Shown here piece by piece: positions 61,671 to 64,000 of a stretch of DNA of 64,000 nt (the stretch's first letter is position 1; each line of letters opens with the position of its first letter). The DNA is from Callorhinchus milii. Its lineage: Eukaryota. Under the pieces are notes generated by a model, which searched no databases, had not been told where the DNA came from, and saw only the letters and a list, made by a program, of their open reading frames with translations. The stretch is from positions 62,870,001-62,934,000 of the forward strand of contig NW_024704743.1 of assembly GCF_018977255.1 (NCBI RefSeq), given 5' to 3'. The translations under genes were made by a program, and so were the position numbers.

Positions 61671-63299
61671 AGCAACTTTTCGCCTGAACTTGCAGTTCTC
61701 TCCTCCTGTGCAGTTGCCCTCTCCCTCTCTCTCTCTCTCACACACACACACACGCGCGCGCGCGCCTTTTTATATTTTGCCATTTGATCTTTCATTTTTT
61801 AAAAAAAAATCTCTTGAAACTAAAGTGCAACCCAAGAGGAAAGGATCGATCAACGAGGTTTTTTTTAAAAAAAAACCCCAAATAACTTAATTCCCCGTTG
61901 AGCAACTGGAAGGAGAAATCCATCTTGTGTGATTATGCATATTATACATATTGCATGTGCGGTTCACGTGTAAAGCAACGAGGTCGTGGGGATCGCCAAG
62001 ATGGGTATCCCGCTCGTCCAGTTATGTTTAGGGAATCTAGACTTTATTTTGCTGAGACCTTATTTCGATCAGTCCCATTCTCTTCAAAGATCACTTTGTT
62101 GGCGAAGGAGGAATGATCGCGCGGCTGTGACTGAAGGACTTCCAAATCGTGTCATTGCTCATAAAACAAACAAGAAATAAATGATAGCACAGATCTAAAT
62201 GTGTGACTGTTCCAGGACGCAGCAGGTGTAGTGCATTGTGAAAATAAAACATCCCACTTACCTCCCAACAGTTTCGACGGACAGAAATATGAAGATTACG
62301 AGAAGGTACATTATCTAATAAAACCATAGTTTCCATAAAATGTCCCATTGGTGAGAGAAACACAACTGCGTTGCTTAATTTCCAGTTATTCACTTACTTT
62401 CTCAACACTTGGAAGGAAGGTAGGCTCGTGCTGGAAAAGGTTTCAAGAAAATAGATTTTTTATGTTTCCTAACACACAGAATATTGAATGCGTGGGAGTG
62501 ATTGCGGGCAATAATCTAATTGAAGAATATGACAGCATGAACCGTGCGTGTGAAGCTCCACCAATATACACCCATACCTTAATCCACAGCACCTTTAATG
62601 TTATTAATGCGGTTTAAGGTAACAGCAGCTGTGGATAACCTATAACCACGTGTTTCCTACTGGGTAGAATGGAGTACAATGCTCGACATTAACAATTTCA
62701 GCACATCACTGTGTTTGAGAAATAGTTAGCAGGCGATTCCCTGGAAATTCCAGTGTAGATTGTAGAGACGAAACAGAAGACAGCAATCTGACGAAGGAAA
62801 CTATAAGAGAGAATCTTCAATGGTTTATGTAGCATTATCTGCAACCCCAAATCAATATCCGATTTAATTCTAATAGAATCTGTATGAATTCCTGCTATTC
62901 GCCCTCTGTGCTCGTCACATCAAAAGACTCATGTTTCAGAGTTAACAACCATTGTGGTGTACTTAGTCCCATTTTATAGGAAATACAATGACACTTTATT
63001 CTTGCAACATGCTATCCTACTTATCTGTTACATTATTTCAACACATTGTATTGAACCATCAATACAAACGTTTCTTTTGGGAGACTTTCACATGCTGCTT
63101 TCTTTGCTCGATTTGCTCAGATGTATGCAGCACAAAACATTCAGAATCGCACCTCAAAGCTGACCCCATCACCTTCATACAATCTATGAACCATATATAC
63201 TTAACACCATTTGAAACAGAAAATAATATATATATATCTATATATACATACATATGTTACACCTAGATATGAAAGAGTTAATACTATATCAACAATCTT

Positions 63300-63570
63300 C
63301 CAAATAAGGACAAGTTAATAGGGACGAGGAAGTATAGGAAGTGTAGAATTGCTCACAATTTAGGAGTCACAGGGGCAAGTGGAACAGACTCCCAGCTGTG
63401 TGATGGACAAGGAACTTTAAAAAGTCTCACAATGTACTGGATAGGTTCCTGAGAAATGAAAACCTTAACATACGATGAGATTAGGTGCGTGGAAGGAAAC
63501 TTTTGGAATCAGTGGACAAGGATGGGCCATTGGTCTATTCCTGCCTGAAACTCTTACTGTGTTATCCCAA
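63300..63570 (+). mobile_element. Decayed CR1-like 3' fragment
   Basis: GGAACTTTAAAAAG...CTGGATAGGTTCCTG...GGATGGGCCATTGGTC resembles CR1 3' ends elsewhere in the window. Confidence 0.45.
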
Positions 63571-64000
63571 ACTATCTCTCCAGTTCAATGGACTATCTCC
63601 CTTGGTCTTGGTCTTGGTCTGATCAATGATATCATTGTAGTTGATGCAGAATTACCAAGATGCCTGGGCGCAAACGACGCATTATACACCAACCCCCCCC
63701 ACACACACCCCCCGGACGATTCCTGATCGCCAGTGCCCTAGTTATCGTGTGTTTTTCTTCCCTCCGTTGAAATTTCGAGTCACCAGCGGTCTCTGATGGA
63801 TCGTATTTTAACGCAGACCATCACCAGCCGCAGCCTCCGTGACGCACGCGGCGGATCGAGGAGACAATGGCACTACAGTGCGAAGCGTCTTGAACTCCAG
63901 GGAGAGAGGGTGTGGGACAGTGCCGCGCTCTGTGCCGCACATCAAAGGGACACCACCGCCAGATTTGGACCTTGGGAGCTTCCACGAGCAAAAATGAACA

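Overview
Vertebrate genomic DNA, most likely from a cartilaginous fish and possibly a chimaera. That call is an inference from the DeuSINE, tRNA-SINE, L2 and CR1 repeat content. The window holds two minus-strand genes in tandem. (1) A complete NR4A3 (NOR-1) nuclear receptor gene: CRE/MEF2-rich CpG-island promoter near 59.8-61.7 kb, two non-coding exons, and six coding exons (855+130+161+200+179+257 nt = 593 aa plus stop), with all junctions GT-AG and phase-consistent. (2) The 5' part of STX17: an E-box/ETS/GC-box promoter near 28.0 kb, a probable non-coding exon 1 and two coding exons; the rest lies beyond position 1. The order NR4A3 then STX17 matches human. The remainder is intron and intergenic sequence dense in dead L2 and CR1 LINEs and SINEs, often nested, plus a 3.4-kb graded G-rich tandem array in STX17 intron 1. 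I found no convincing new protein-coding system. The best leads are Arg at the ligand-reactive NR4A LBD cysteine, a NOR-1beta-like intron read-through, uORF and start-stop elements in an apparently conserved NR4A3 leader, CLEAR-like boxes at STX17, a modular SINE/L2 pair with tail-only insertions, and a 23-bp-stem hairpin. Comparisons with human sequences are from memory and need alignment.
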